Shown here: positions 48,631 through 58,632 of the stretch, in pieces | Layout of the letters: each line of letters opens with the position of its first letter | Position numbering within the stretch: position 1 is the stretch's first letter | Source: Gemmatimonadales bacterium | GTDB lineage: Bacteria; Gemmatimonadota; Gemmatimonadetes; Gemmatimonadales; GWC2-71-9 | Length of the DNA stretch: 64,000 nt | Reading direction: 5' to 3' | Assembly: GCA_033764505.1 (NCBI GenBank) | Contig: JANRIW010000027.1 | Coordinates: forward strand, 100,720 to 164,719 | Program-made: the position numbers and the translations under genes | Notes under the pieces: model-generated | Told to the model about the DNA's origin: nothing | The model's input: only the letters and a program-made list of their open reading frames with translations | Databases searched by the model: none

Positions 48631-50333
48631 CCGAACTGCCCGACCGGCGGACCGTCCATCGGTCGCCGCGGCACCACCACGCTCAGCACCACGCCCACCA
48701 CCAGCACCGTCACCGCCCCCACCACGTTGTGCCAGAGGAACGACACCTCGGGCATCCCGAACGACACCGCCGCCACCGTCCCCATCCCCGCCAGCAATCC
48801 GAAGAAGGCCCCCGCCCCGCTGGTGCGCGGCAGCATGGCCAGCAAGAAAACGCCCAAGATCGAGCCGTAGAAGAAGGAGCCGAAACGATTCACCACCTCG
48901 ATGAGTGAGCCAAGGTTGGCGGCATAGGTGGCCACCACGCAGGCGAAGAGTCCCCAGAGCCCGGTCGAGAGCTTCGAGACGCGCAGCAACTCCTGTTCGC
49001 CACCATCAGGCCGCCACCACCGCCGGTAGAAGTCGATCACCGTCGCGGTGGAGAGCGAATTGAGCTCGGCGGCAATGCTCGACATCGCCGCCGCCATCAC
49101 CCCGGCGATGAAAATCCCCGCGAGGCCGAGCGGGAGGAAGTGCAGCACGAAGTGCGGGATGATGTAGTTCACGTCGCGAGCGGGGGCTCCGGTGACCTTG
49201 GTGACCAGCGCCAGGGCTTCGCCGCGAACGGTGTTCACCTTGGCCTCGGAGGCGAGCAGCGCCTCACGGTCCGGACTCGTGCGCTCGGCACCGACGCCAT
49301 GCTCCCCCGAGACGGCAAACTGCGCGTCCTGGCGCCGTTCATTCACCGCCGCGACATAGCGCCCCTGCAGCTCCTGGTATGCCGCGGGCTCGGCGGCGAT
49401 CACCTGTTTCTCGGCCGCGGGATTCCAGAGCAGCGGTCCACCCGCGAAGAGATAGAAGACCCAGACCAGGATGCCGACGATCAGCACCAGTGCCTGGAGC
49501 GGAATCTTCCAGTAGGCGCTCATCAGCAACGACGTGCGGGCGTCGTCCACCGACTTGGCGGTGAGGTAGCGCTGGACCTGGCTCTGGTCGGTGCCGAAAT
49601 AGCTCAGCATGAGGAAAGTGCCGCCGAGGATGCCCGACCAGAACGTGTAGGTCTTGGTCAGGTCCCAGGAGAAGTCGAACACCTTCAACCGCCCGGTCGC
49701 ACCGGCCAGCTCGAAGGCGTCGCTTGGCGAGACCGGAATCTCCACCAGCAGCACGATCACGATGGCCACCAGCGCGAAGACGATCAGCACCATCTGCTTC
49801 ACATCGGCCCAGGTCACCGCCTGCACGCCACCGAACATGGTGTAGAGCACAGTGGGGATGCCGATCAGCGCCACGGACCAGGTCATGTCCCAGCCGAAGA
49901 TCGCCGAGAACACCACGGCCGGCGCGGCGATGATGGTGCCGCACGACATCCCGCGCGAGAGCAGGAAGAGAAAGGCGGTGAGTGACCGCGTCTTCGCGTC
50001 GAAGCGCTTCTCCAGAAACTCGTAGGCGGTGAACACCTTGGCACCGTGGAGGAACGGCACCAGCGTCACGCCGAGGATGACCATCGCGATCGGCAGCCCG
50101 AAGTAGAACTGGACGAAGCGCATCCCGTCGGTGGCGCCCTGTCCGGTGGTGCCGATCATGGTCACGGCGGAGAGCTGGGTGGCCATGACCGAGAGCCCGA
50201 CCGCCCACCAGGGGAGCGATCGGTTGGCGAGGAAGTAGCCCTCGATGTTGGTGGTCTCCTTGGAGCGGCGGAGGCCGTCCCACACCACGTACACCAGGTA
50301 GGCGATCACGATCGCCCAGTTCAGCGGATGCAT
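48627..50333 (-). CDS. sodium:solute symporter family (SSF) transporter
   Basis: 568 aa, about 13 TM helices. N-terminal pattern YFLANRSLPWWAVGLSVMATQLSAVTMIG is typical of SSF. Confidence 0.85.
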   Translation of the reverse strand: MHPLNWAIVIAYLVYVVWDGLRRSKETTNIEGYFLANRSLPWWAVGLSVMATQLSAVTMIGTTGQGATDGMRFVQFYFGLPIAMVILGVTLVPFLHGAKVFTAYEFLEKRFDAKTRSLTAFLFLLSRGMSCGTIIAAPAVVFSAIFGWDMTWSVALIGIPTVLYTMFGGVQAVTWADVKQMVLIVFALVAIVIVLLVEIPVSPSDAFELAGATGRLKVFDFSWDLTKTYTFWSGILGGTFLMLSYFGTDQSQVQRYLTAKSVDDARTSLLMSAYWKIPLQALVLIVGILVWVFYLFAGGPLLWNPAAEKQVIAAEPAAYQELQGRYVAAVNERRQDAQFAVSGEHGVGAERTSPDREALLASEAKVNTVRGEALALVTKVTGAPARDVNYIIPHFVLHFLPLGLAGIFIAGVMAAAMSSIAAELNSLSTATVIDFYRRWWRPDGGEQELLRVSKLSTGLWGLFACVVATYAANLGSLIEVVNRFGSFFYGSILGVFLLAMLPRTSGAGAFFGLLAGMGTVAAVSFGMPEVSFLWHNVVGAVTVLVVGVVLSVVVPRRPMDGPPVGQFG

Positions 50334-50343
50334 GCGGCGCTCC

Positions 50344-50451
50344 TCAGCTGGTGAAGTGCCGCTGGAACCACCAGAGGAGGAGCAGCGTCACCAGCTGCAC
50401 CAGGAGCACCTGGGCGGCGGTGCGCCGGAAGCGCGACACCTCGCCACTCAC
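50344..50451 (-). CDS. possible 35-aa single-TM small protein upstream of the symporter
   Basis: Not in the ORF track (too short). GTG overlaps the amidohydrolase stop (GTGA). Translation is MSGEVSRFRRTAAQVLLVQLVTLLLLWWFQRHFTS. Its TGA is followed by GGAG and then the symporter ATG. Confidence 0.35.
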   Translation of the reverse strand: MSGEVSRFRRTAAQVLLVQLVTLLLLWWFQRHFTS

Positions 50452-51602
50452 TTCGGGAATCCTGCCTTGGGGAGGCCGGGGATGATCCGCAGCGCGTTCC
50501 GATAGTAGAGCTTCTGCAGCACCACGTCGGAGAGCCCCATGCCGTACATCTTCCAGAAGGCGTGGTAGCCGCGGTAGTAGTCGAAGTACTCGTCCTCTGT
50601 CTCGAAGACGCGCCAGTAGTAGGGATACTCATCGGGCTGGAAGGCGTCCTTGCCGAAGAGGATCCGGTCCTGGTACTTGGTGAAGAAGGCCTTCGCGGCG
50701 CGCGGCTGGCGGCCGAGGTCATACAGCACCGCCCCCACCTCGCTGTGGAGATTGGGGAAGCGGTCGAAGAGCCTGCCCAGGCGCGCCAGGTCGTTGGCGT
50801 GCCAGCCGAGGTGGGCGATGATGAAGGTGGTGTTGGGATGGCGGGCGAAGAGGCGGTCGCGCTCTGCCATCAGCGTCTCGAAATCAGGCGCGCGGCTGCG
50901 GTCCTGATAGCGGCGATCGCTGAACAGCGCGAGTTCAAGCCAGCGCTCGTTCTGGAAGTCGAGCGGCGCCCAAAACTCCGACGGATCGGCCACGTGGATG
51001 AAGATCGGAATCTTGAGGCGCGCGGCCGTCTGCCAGACCACGTCGAGCTCCGGGTCGTCGATCTGCAACCGCGTCCCGTCGCGCTTGCGCGTCGAGATGC
51101 CGAAGCCCTTGCCGATCTCACCCACACCCACGGCGCCCGCCTTGACGTCGGCCTCGAGCTGCGCGGCGATCGTCGCCCCCGAACCGGGCGCGATGTCGCG
51201 CAGGTTGAGCGTGGTGAAGAAGGCGAAGCGATCGGCCTTCCCCGCCGCCTTCACGCCGGCGATCTGCTGGGTGAGTCGATCACCCGAGCTTCCCGAGGCG
51301 TTGATCATCATCCGCACGTTGAGCGAGTCCATGGCACCGGTGACCCGCTCGATCACCTCGGGGAGCACCAGCGTCGGCGGATGGCCGTGCAGGTCAATGG
51401 CCGGGTACTTGGCGCGAGGAACGGTGTGAGTCGGCACCACCAGCGTCGAGCGCGGCTGGTAGTCGAGGATGGATGGCGCCGGGAACTCCGGGGCGCGGAA
51501 CTGCCCCGGCCGGACCTCGGCCTGCCCGGCGGGCTTGGTGGTGCCCTGGGCCATCAGCAGCGTCGGGGCGGCGAGCAACGCCGCAAGGAGGAGGCGGCTC
51601 AT
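50448..51602 (-). CDS. secreted metal-dependent amidohydrolase (TIM-barrel, amidohydrolase_2-like)
   Basis: Signal peptide MSRLLLAALLAAPTLLMAQ. Motifs AIDLHGHPP and FIHVADP are consistent with amidohydrolase-superfamily metal ligands. The ATG overlaps the M28 gene stop. Confidence 0.65.
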   Translation of the reverse strand: MSRLLLAALLAAPTLLMAQGTTKPAGQAEVRPGQFRAPEFPAPSILDYQPRSTLVVPTHTVPRAKYPAIDLHGHPPTLVLPEVIERVTGAMDSLNVRMMINASGSSGDRLTQQIAGVKAAGKADRFAFFTTLNLRDIAPGSGATIAAQLEADVKAGAVGVGEIGKGFGISTRKRDGTRLQIDDPELDVVWQTAARLKIPIFIHVADPSEFWAPLDFQNERWLELALFSDRRYQDRSRAPDFETLMAERDRLFARHPNTTFIIAHLGWHANDLARLGRLFDRFPNLHSEVGAVLYDLGRQPRAAKAFFTKYQDRILFGKDAFQPDEYPYYWRVFETEDEYFDYYRGYHAFWKMYGMGLSDVVLQKLYYRNALRIIPGLPKAGFPK

Positions 51603-53227
51603 CGGGGGCTCACGAACCAGAGCTTGGCCGGCACCGGCTTGTCGAAGCGCGGGCGGACGTCGCTATTGGCCACCATCCATAGGGTCACGTAGGCCATGCG
51701 GGCGGCGTTCTCCATCTTGACGGGGTCGAGCTTGATCACTTCGTCGGTCTGCCGGTGATAGTCACCGTGCAGGCCGGTGAAGAACTGGATCGCAGGAATG
51801 CCGTTCTCCATGTAGGGCGCCGCGTCGGTCCGCGGGTAGAAGAACTCGTGGTTGGCGTCCTCGTAGCGGCGGTTGATGCTGGCGTACTTGTAGTCGCGCA
51901 TCACCTGCCCGAGGATCTGTTCGTGCACCGTGCTCATCAGGCCGGGGCCGACCACGTAGACCTCGCCCGGCGCCGAGAGCTCCTGCTCCCCCTGGACGTC
52001 GCTGCCCGGCGCCTTGGTGCGGCCGATCATGTCCACGTTGATGTAGCTGACGGCCTGCTTGGCCAGCGGTCCATGCGCGAGGAAGCGCGAGCCCCAGAGG
52101 CCGGTCTCCTCGCCTGAGTCCCACACCATCAGCACCGAACGCTTGGGGCGCGGCCCGGCCATCAGCGCGCGGGCGATCGCCATGTTGCCGGCGCTGCCGG
52201 TGGCGTTGTCGTCGGCGGCGTTGAAGATCGAGTCGCCGGCCGGGTTCGCGCCGCGGCCCACCGAGCCATCGAGGTGCGAGCCGATGATCACCCACTCGTT
52301 CTTGAGGACCGGGTCGCTCCCTTCCACGAAGCCGACCACGTTGTAGGGCATCACGGTGTCGGCGGTGGCGGCGACCAGGTCAATCTGGAGCGGCCGCGAC
52401 GGATCAAGCGCGACTGAACTCGGGAAGATGCGCGTCGAATCGGCCGAGAGCACCGCGTCGGCGGTCAGCGTGCTGCCGCTCAGCAGCCGCACGATCATCG
52501 AGCGCGACGCCAGCAGCTGCGGCAGCGGGTACGGCGCGTACGCACGTCCGACCGTCTCGCGCAGGTCGCGCCCCATCGGCGCGCGACGGCGCGTCACCTC
52601 CCAGCCGTTGAGCGACGCCGTGGTCGGCACCGTGATGATGCCGAGTGCGCCGCGACTGCGGGCTTCCTCGAGCACCGTGGTGTAGTCCACGCCGATCGTG
52701 CCGAGCTGGGCGCGGGTGATGCCATCGGGGAGCGCCATCCGTCCGTGCGCCACCACCCACTTCCCCTTGATGTCCACACCCGCGTACGGATCGAGGCCGA
52801 GCTTGGCCGACCGGATGCCATGGCCCACATAAGCCACCCCGCCCGTGCGGCTGCCGGCGGTGACGAACGACGTCACCAGGAAGTCGCTGCCCCACATCCA
52901 GTGCGAACTGCCGAACATCGCCATGGTGCGGGCGGTGTCGAGCGTGTTGCGCACCAGCGGGTAGTGCTGGAAGTAGCCGCCGTTGTCGCCCATGGGGCGG
53001 ATGCCGAGCGCCTTGAGCTGCTTCGCCACGAAGGCGGCGGCGGAGTCGTAGCCGACCGATGGCGTGGCGCGCCCGGCGAAGGCGTCGGAGGCGAGCACCG
53101 AGACGTCGCGGAAGAGGTCGGCAGCGGTGATCGTCTCGGCGGCTTTCGCGACGGCACCCTGGCCGGAGAGCGGCGCCGCGGCGAGCAGCAGGGCAACGAG
53201 GCTGGAACGGAGTGGAACGGGCATCAA
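51599..53227 (-). CDS. secreted M28-family aminopeptidase with PA domain
   Basis: Signal peptide. Zinc-ligand blocks AADDNATGSAGNMAIARAL and VWDSGEETGLWGS. Confidence 0.8.
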   Translation of the reverse strand: MMPVPLRSSLVALLLAAAPLSGQGAVAKAAETITAADLFRDVSVLASDAFAGRATPSVGYDSAAAFVAKQLKALGIRPMGDNGGYFQHYPLVRNTLDTARTMAMFGSSHWMWGSDFLVTSFVTAGSRTGGVAYVGHGIRSAKLGLDPYAGVDIKGKWVVAHGRMALPDGITRAQLGTIGVDYTTVLEEARSRGALGIITVPTTASLNGWEVTRRRAPMGRDLRETVGRAYAPYPLPQLLASRSMIVRLLSGSTLTADAVLSADSTRIFPSSVALDPSRPLQIDLVAATADTVMPYNVVGFVEGSDPVLKNEWVIIGSHLDGSVGRGANPAGDSIFNAADDNATGSAGNMAIARALMAGPRPKRSVLMVWDSGEETGLWGSRFLAHGPLAKQAVSYINVDMIGRTKAPGSDVQGEQELSAPGEVYVVGPGLMSTVHEQILGQVMRDYKYASINRRYEDANHEFFYPRTDAAPYMENGIPAIQFFTGLHGDYHRQTDEVIKLDPVKMENAARMAYVTLWMVANSDVRPRFDKPVPAKLWFVSPR

Positions 53228-53330
53228 GTCCTCTGGGGGGGAAGAACCCTTGAGGATAGCCCGGAAGGGCCGTGACGGGGAGGGTCTGCCGCTGTAGACT
53301 TACCCAACTTCCCCCTTTCCGGAGTTGCTC

Positions 53331-54017
53331 ATGCGCCGCCCCCTCGCCCTCCTGCTCGTCGCCACGCTCGCCGCCGGTTCCCTCGCCGCCCAGGACGCCG
53401 ACCGCTCGGTCAAGGACGGCGGGATCAAGGCCGCCGGCTGGAAGGGACGCATCGACCGCCGTGCCGCCACCCAGGGCAAGACCATCAACGACTCGAAGTT
53501 CATGGCGATGGGGAGCATGCTCCACCTGAGCGTCGGCCCTGCCGGCAATTTCTGGCGCGACACCGACGTGGCCAAGGGCGACTACGAAGTGAAGGCCACG
53601 TTCACCGAGGCTGCGATGGTGGCGTCGCACCCGCACTCGTTCGGCATCTTCATCGGCGGTGCCGACCTTGAGTCGGACACCGAGACGCTGATGTATTGCA
53701 TTGCGTATGGCAACGGGACCTACGCGGTGAAGACCTTCCACGGCGCCAAGGTGACCACGCTGGTGGCCCCGACGGCGCACGCCGCGCTGGTCAAGGCCGA
53801 TGCGGCTGGCAAGTCCACCAACACCATCGGCTGGAAGGTGCAGGGTGGCAAGCCGTCGTGCGTGATCAACGGCACCGCGGTCAAGACGTTCGAGCGCGCC
53901 GAGGTGATTGGCGCTGACAAGTTGACGTCCACGGATGGCGTGTACGGCATCCGGGTGAGCCACAACGTCGAGCTGACCGCGTCCACGCCGACGATGACCA
54001 AGCTCGGCGCGCGCTGA
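53331..54017 (+). CDS. secreted protein, DUF1080/LamG-like jelly-roll candidate
   Basis: The ATG is preceded by GGAG. Signal peptide MRRPLALLLVATLAAGSLAAQ. Beta-rich, with the pattern GDYEVKATF...GIFIGG...YGIRVSHN seen in 3-keto-disaccharide-hydrolase-like domains. Confidence 0.45.
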   Translation: MRRPLALLLVATLAAGSLAAQDADRSVKDGGIKAAGWKGRIDRRAATQGKTINDSKFMAMGSMLHLSVGPAGNFWRDTDVAKGDYEVKATFTEAAMVASHPHSFGIFIGGADLESDTETLMYCIAYGNGTYAVKTFHGAKVTTLVAPTAHAALVKADAAGKSTNTIGWKVQGGKPSCVINGTAVKTFERAEVIGADKLTSTDGVYGIRVSHNVELTASTPTMTKLGAR

Positions 54018-54018
54018 C

Positions 54019-54825
54019 GTGACTCGCCATCCCGGTCGCCTTGTCGCGCTGGCCCTGCTCACCCTCGGCTCGGCCTCCTGCGCCATCCTCTCGCAGCTGG
54101 GCTCGCCGCAGGGGGTGGAGGTCACCGCGGTGACCTACAACATCCGGCACGGCGCCGGGATGGACGACTCGCTCCGCCTGGAGCGGACAGCGGCGGCCCT
54201 CCGGCCGCTCGCCGCCGACTTCATCGCGCTGCAGGAAGTGGACAGGAACGTCAACCGCAGCAACAAGGTCGACCAGGCGCGCCTGCTCGGCGACCTGCTT
54301 GGCATGAAGTCGGCCTTCGGCGCCTTCATGGACTACCAGGGCGGCGAGTACGGGCTGGCGATCCTCTCGAAGTGGCCGATCGTGCGGAGTACGCCGCTCC
54401 GGTTGCCCGACGGCAACGAGCCGCGCGTGGCGCTGCTGGTGCAGGTCACCCTCGCCGACGGCTCACCGCTCACGGTGGTCTGTGTGCACTTCGACTGGGT
54501 GAGCAACGACAACTTCCGCTACGCCCAGGCCAAGGTGCTTGCGGCCACGCTCGACACCCTCTCGACGCCGTACCTGCTGATGGGTGACTTCAACGACGAG
54601 CCGGGCTCGCGCACCATCCGGCTCTTCGAGCGCGGTGCGATGGAGGCGGAGAAGCCGGCCGCCAATAACTTCACCTTTCCGGCCGCGCCGGCACCAGAGA
54701 AGGAGATCGACTTCATCTTCGTCTCGCCGGCCAAGCGGTGGCGCGTGGACAGCGTGGCGGTGGTCAACGAGCGGATGGCGTCGGACCATCGGCCGGTCGT
54801 GGCGAAGGTGGTGTTGCGGAAATAG
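54019..54825 (+). CDS. endonuclease/exonuclease/phosphatase (EEP) family protein
   Basis: Motifs VTYNIRHG, LQEVD, GDFN and the C-terminal SDHRPV. Lipoprotein-like signal ending in GSASC. Confidence 0.75.
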   Translation: MTRHPGRLVALALLTLGSASCAILSQLGSPQGVEVTAVTYNIRHGAGMDDSLRLERTAAALRPLAADFIALQEVDRNVNRSNKVDQARLLGDLLGMKSAFGAFMDYQGGEYGLAILSKWPIVRSTPLRLPDGNEPRVALLVQVTLADGSPLTVVCVHFDWVSNDNFRYAQAKVLAATLDTLSTPYLLMGDFNDEPGSRTIRLFERGAMEAEKPAANNFTFPAAPAPEKEIDFIFVSPAKRWRVDSVAVVNERMASDHRPVVAKVVLRK

Positions 54826-54857
54826 CGCGCGCGACCCTATCCGCCGTACGCCATTCG

Positions 54858-54879
54858 GCCGCGCCCGTCAGGGCGCGGC
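54858..54879. terminator. stem-loop between convergent genes
   Basis: gccgcgccc-gtca-gggcgcggc: 9-bp stem with a 4-nt loop. Confidence 0.5.
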
Positions 54880-54886
54880 TGAATGA

Positions 54887-55861
54887 TTACCGCGACAGCA
54901 CCACTCCGATCCCTCCGAAGAACTTCCCCGCATTCGGGTTGTTCTCGGCGTAGCGCGTGGTGAGCGCCAGGTTCGAGCCGACCTGGTAGCCGCCCTCGCC
55001 GACGAGGTGGAGCGGACCCACGTGGAAGCCGAGGTTGAGCGCGGTGACGATCCGCATGCCGGAGAGCTTCGGCTCGAGGACCTCGCCCACGGTGCCGGTG
55101 CCGGGATCGCGGTAGGCCACCTCGCCCTTCCCCGAGAGCAGATCCGCTCCCGCGCCGGCCGCGAACTCGAACCAACCGAAGCGCTTCCCCGCAAAGAGCC
55201 GCACGTCGATCGCCGAGGCGTTGAAGGTCCACGCGGTGGTCTGGCCGTTGGTGGTGCCGCCCATCTGCACCGTCGGGGTCGAACGCTTCATGATCGAGAG
55301 CGAGACCGTCGGCAGCTTCGCGCTCGTCATCCCGGCGCGGATGCCCCAGTCGAGCGAGACCGTTGCGTCCTGGATGGTGCGGCTGCCCGGCACCGGCGTA
55401 AAGAGATCGGTACGGTTGCGGGGAATGACCAGCGCCGAGAGGAGGAAGTCGACGCCGACCACGCCCATCGGCATCTGCTTCTGGAGGATCCCCATCGCGA
55501 GGTCCACGCGCGGGGCGTAGAGCTGCACGCGGCGGCCGACGGGGACGGTGTCGGTGTTGCCGGCCCAGGCGAGGTCGGGGACCACGGCCATCGCCGTGGT
55601 GGCTCGGAGCCCGAGGGCAATGTGGCCGAAGCGGCCGATCACGCCGGCGCTGCCGAGGCGGGGGTTACCGCCGTTCATCAGGAGCGCCGCAATCGGGTGG
55701 ATCATGGTGATGCCGTCGAGGGCCGCGGTGCAGACCTTGGCACCCGCCGTCGAGAGCCCGGTGGGGCAGACCACGGCGGCGGTGTCGGTGGTGGTCTGGG
55801 CGGCGGCCCGGCTGACAGGCACCAAACACGCGGCAACAGCGAGCAGGAGAACACGACGCAC
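54887..55861 (-). CDS. hypothetical secreted protein, possible outer-membrane beta-barrel
   Basis: Signal peptide MRRVLLLAVAACLVPVSRAAAQ. Gly/aromatic alternating strands. No recognised family. Confidence 0.45.
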   Translation of the reverse strand: MRRVLLLAVAACLVPVSRAAAQTTTDTAAVVCPTGLSTAGAKVCTAALDGITMIHPIAALLMNGGNPRLGSAGVIGRFGHIALGLRATTAMAVVPDLAWAGNTDTVPVGRRVQLYAPRVDLAMGILQKQMPMGVVGVDFLLSALVIPRNRTDLFTPVPGSRTIQDATVSLDWGIRAGMTSAKLPTVSLSIMKRSTPTVQMGGTTNGQTTAWTFNASAIDVRLFAGKRFGWFEFAAGAGADLLSGKGEVAYRDPGTGTVGEVLEPKLSGMRIVTALNLGFHVGPLHLVGEGGYQVGSNLALTTRYAENNPNAGKFFGGIGVVLSR

Positions 55862-56016
55862 GGCGACTCCGATCAGAGGTCGCCGTGCGAAATCGCAAGA
55901 ACTGAACCGCGGGTGGCGGGGTCTTAACCCTTGCTATTGCAATGGGTTATGCAGCCCAGCGGAACCCGGGAAACCGGCCATCCCTGCCGGAGCGGCAAGA
56001 ATGGCCGGGGGTCTGG

Positions 56017-57861
56017 CTACTTCGCCAACTCGCGCACCGCCTCGGCGAGCATCGCAACCTTCCCCTTGTCACTCGACGTCTTGGCATCGGTGTCCACCTG
56101 CCCTGCGATGCGCGTCAGCGCCGCAGTCCGGGCAGCACCATTGGCACGCTCCGCCGCCGTCAGGCCGCTCCGCAGCGCCGCAATCCGCGCCGCCGAGACG
56201 CCCTTGGACCGTTCAAGCTGATCCACGAACGACCGCGCCTTCGCGAAGCTCGCCGGCCACACCATCATCGGCTGCTCCTGCGGATTGAGCTCGGCCCAGA
56301 CCACCGTCTTGGCGGCATCAATTTCGTTCTGCGAGATGAACTTGCTCGGGGTAAGCTCGAACACATCGAGGCCACGCGCAATCTCGGAGTTGACGATCAC
56401 GCCGTTGTACCAGTACACCGACCACGAGCCACCGCTGGTGAGCTCGCCATCCTTGAGCGGGCCGCGGTCGTGGAAGGCGATCTCGAACGGGTTCGACGGA
56501 TCGGTCCAGTCGAAGATCGAGATGCCGCCCTGGTACCACCCCTGCACCATCACCTCGCGCCCCGGGATCGGGATCGGCGAGCCGTTGTGCGCCACGCAGT
56601 TCTCCCACTCGGTCTGGCGCGACGGCATCTTGTAGTAGCTCTTGAACACCATCTTGCCGTTCTCGATCGTGAAGAGCGCGTTGGCGCCCCACTCGTACTT
56701 GTCACTCGCGCGACAACGCGGCGCACGGCCCCCGCCCCACTCGTCGGTGAAGAGCACCGCCTTGCCGTCGTTGTGGAAGGTGGCCGAGTGCCAGAAGGAG
56801 AAGTTGGTGTCGGCCACCGCATCGATGCGGCGCGGATTGGCCGGATTGCTTATGTCGAGCAACAGGCCGTAGCCGCCGCACGCCCCACCCGCCAGGCCAA
56901 CCGCAGGATAGACCGTGATGTCGTGGCACTGGCTCGGACCGGTCCGGACTCGCGGCGCCCCACCCGCCGCACCACGGCCACCACCAGCCCCACGGCCGGC
57001 CGCAGAGGTCGAGTCACCTGCGGCACCACGTCCCGCACCCGCGCCACCACGAGCCGCCGCGTTCGGAGCCGGCGGCGTGCTGCGCGTCGGCGCCGGACCG
57101 AGGTCGGTGAAGATCCGCGGCGACGAGACGATCGCGGCCTTCGACGGATCGGCGAGCGGGACCTTGATCACTTCGATGCGGAAGAGCGCCGAGTTCGGGT
57201 CCTGGTCCGGTGCGAGGTTCGAGCAGCCCGGCAGCTCGTCGGCGGAGCGCACGCCTGACGAACCAGAGATGTACACGTAGACGTTGTCCGGGTCGTTCTT
57301 GTCGGTCACCACCGTGTGGGTGTGCGAGCCGCGGCAGGTCTGCACGTTGCCCACGTACTTCGGCCGCTGCGGATCGGTCATGTCGAAGATCCGGATGCCG
57401 CGCACCCGCTCCTTGCTGACCGGCTCGGGCACGCCCTGGGTGCCGCAGTCCATGCGACCCGTGAGCCCCTCGGCCGAGACAAAGGCGAGGTGTTTGTAGA
57501 CCGAGACGTCACTCTGCGACGCCGGGCAGTGGGCCCAGTTCACCAGGTGCGGCTTCGCCGGATCGGCGATGTCCCACACCAGGAAGCCGTTGTAGTTGCC
57601 CTGATAGACCTTGGTGCCTGAGAAGGCGAGGTCGGTGTTGTTGGCCAAAGCAAATGGCCCAGGCGACGGCGTCGCCGAGAGGAGCTTGAGGTTCCAGATC
57701 GCCTCGCCGGCGTCGTGCATCCCCGCCTTGAGCCCCTCGCGCGGATCGGGCGACGGCGTGGTCTTGACCTTCTGCTGGGCAGCAACCGGCAGCGCGGTCG
57801 CGGCGAGCAGCAGCCCGAGCAGCGGCAACGCTCGGCGGAACGAAGGGACAGCAACGGTCAT
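56017..57861 (-). CDS. secreted beta-propeller protein (LVIVD-repeat-like)
   Basis: 614 aa with a signal peptide. Repeated blocks of the type GFLVWDI, GIRIFDM, ISIFDW, VFEL. Gly/Arg/Ala-rich insert and a C-terminal helical tail. The family call is tentative. Confidence 0.5.
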   Translation of the reverse strand: MTVAVPSFRRALPLLGLLLAATALPVAAQQKVKTTPSPDPREGLKAGMHDAGEAIWNLKLLSATPSPGPFALANNTDLAFSGTKVYQGNYNGFLVWDIADPAKPHLVNWAHCPASQSDVSVYKHLAFVSAEGLTGRMDCGTQGVPEPVSKERVRGIRIFDMTDPQRPKYVGNVQTCRGSHTHTVVTDKNDPDNVYVYISGSSGVRSADELPGCSNLAPDQDPNSALFRIEVIKVPLADPSKAAIVSSPRIFTDLGPAPTRSTPPAPNAAARGGAGAGRGAAGDSTSAAGRGAGGGRGAAGGAPRVRTGPSQCHDITVYPAVGLAGGACGGYGLLLDISNPANPRRIDAVADTNFSFWHSATFHNDGKAVLFTDEWGGGRAPRCRASDKYEWGANALFTIENGKMVFKSYYKMPSRQTEWENCVAHNGSPIPIPGREVMVQGWYQGGISIFDWTDPSNPFEIAFHDRGPLKDGELTSGGSWSVYWYNGVIVNSEIARGLDVFELTPSKFISQNEIDAAKTVVWAELNPQEQPMMVWPASFAKARSFVDQLERSKGVSAARIAALRSGLTAAERANGAARTAALTRIAGQVDTDAKTSSDKGKVAMLAEAVRELAK

Positions 57862-57900
57862 CGTGGCATCCTCGGGAGGGTCAGGGTGATGCGGGGCAAC

Positions 57901-58485
57901 CTACGGACGAGACGGGGGTGGCAAGGCGTCGAGCATGGCCTGGAGAAATTCGATTTCGGTGGTCTGGTCGGCGTACACATCGGACGCAAAGCGGAAGACA
58001 AACTCATCCTGCCCTGCCCCGTGCGAGGCGAAGAGCTCGTCCACCATCGCGACGGCCCCCTCGTGGTGCTTGATCATCGAGGCGAGAAAGAAGCGATCGA
58101 ACTCGACGCCACGGAGCCCATCGAGCTTCTGCATCTCCTCATCGGAGAGCATGCCGGGCATGAGCATGGCATGCTCCATCCCGTCCATCTTCATCATGAC
58201 ATGCGTGGCGTTGGTATCGGGTACCGGCAGCCCCAGCCCGCGGAGCCAGGTGCGCATCGCGGCGATCTCGTCGCGCTGCGCCACCGCGATCCGCTCCGCG
58301 AAGCGCCGCAGCGCGGCACTGGCTCCGTGCGTCGGCGCCCAGCGCGCCATCTTCACCGCCTGGGCATGATGCGGGATCATGCCGGTGATGAACTTCACGT
58401 CGGCCGGCGACACCGGCGCCTGGGCCGGGAGCGCGGGGGCTGCAGTGACCAATGTGAGGAGCGCGAGCAGGGGCAAAGCCTTCAT
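57901..58485 (-). CDS. DUF305-family secreted protein
   Basis: Start at MKALPLLALLTLVTAAPALPAQA. Two HH motifs (MIPHHAQAV, MIKHHEGAV) are characteristic of DUF305. Confidence 0.75.
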   Translation of the reverse strand: MKALPLLALLTLVTAAPALPAQAPVSPADVKFITGMIPHHAQAVKMARWAPTHGASAALRRFAERIAVAQRDEIAAMRTWLRGLGLPVPDTNATHVMMKMDGMEHAMLMPGMLSDEEMQKLDGLRGVEFDRFFLASMIKHHEGAVAMVDELFASHGAGQDEFVFRFASDVYADQTTEIEFLQAMLDALPPPSRP

Positions 58486-58588
58486 GGGGACAGCTCCAGC
58501 AATGGCGGCTTGGGGATAAGCCTTGAGAATAGCCCCGCGAGCGGAGATGCGGGAGGTGCGCAGCAGACCGCGGCAAACCGCGGCCTGA

Positions 58589-58632
58589 CGGCCGCGGCTG
58601 AAAACGGCCGCGGCTGAAAACGGCCGCGGCTG
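58589..58632 (-). repeat. tandem 16-nt repeat (CGGCCGCGGCTGAAAA x2.75) forming reiterated terminator-like hairpins
   Basis: On the minus strand each junction reads CCGCGGC-cgttttca-GCCGCGG followed by CCGUUUU. It lies just downstream of the stop of gene 58649..59659. Further CCGCGG copies occur at 58568-58586. Confidence 0.7.

Noticed and set aside
50321-50722. The 133-aa ORF overlapping the amidohydrolase 3' end and the gap before the symporter.
   Set aside because: It is out of frame with the amidohydrolase over most of its length and is Ser/Thr/Arg/Pro-rich. The gap is better explained by the 35-codon TM ORF 50344..50451.
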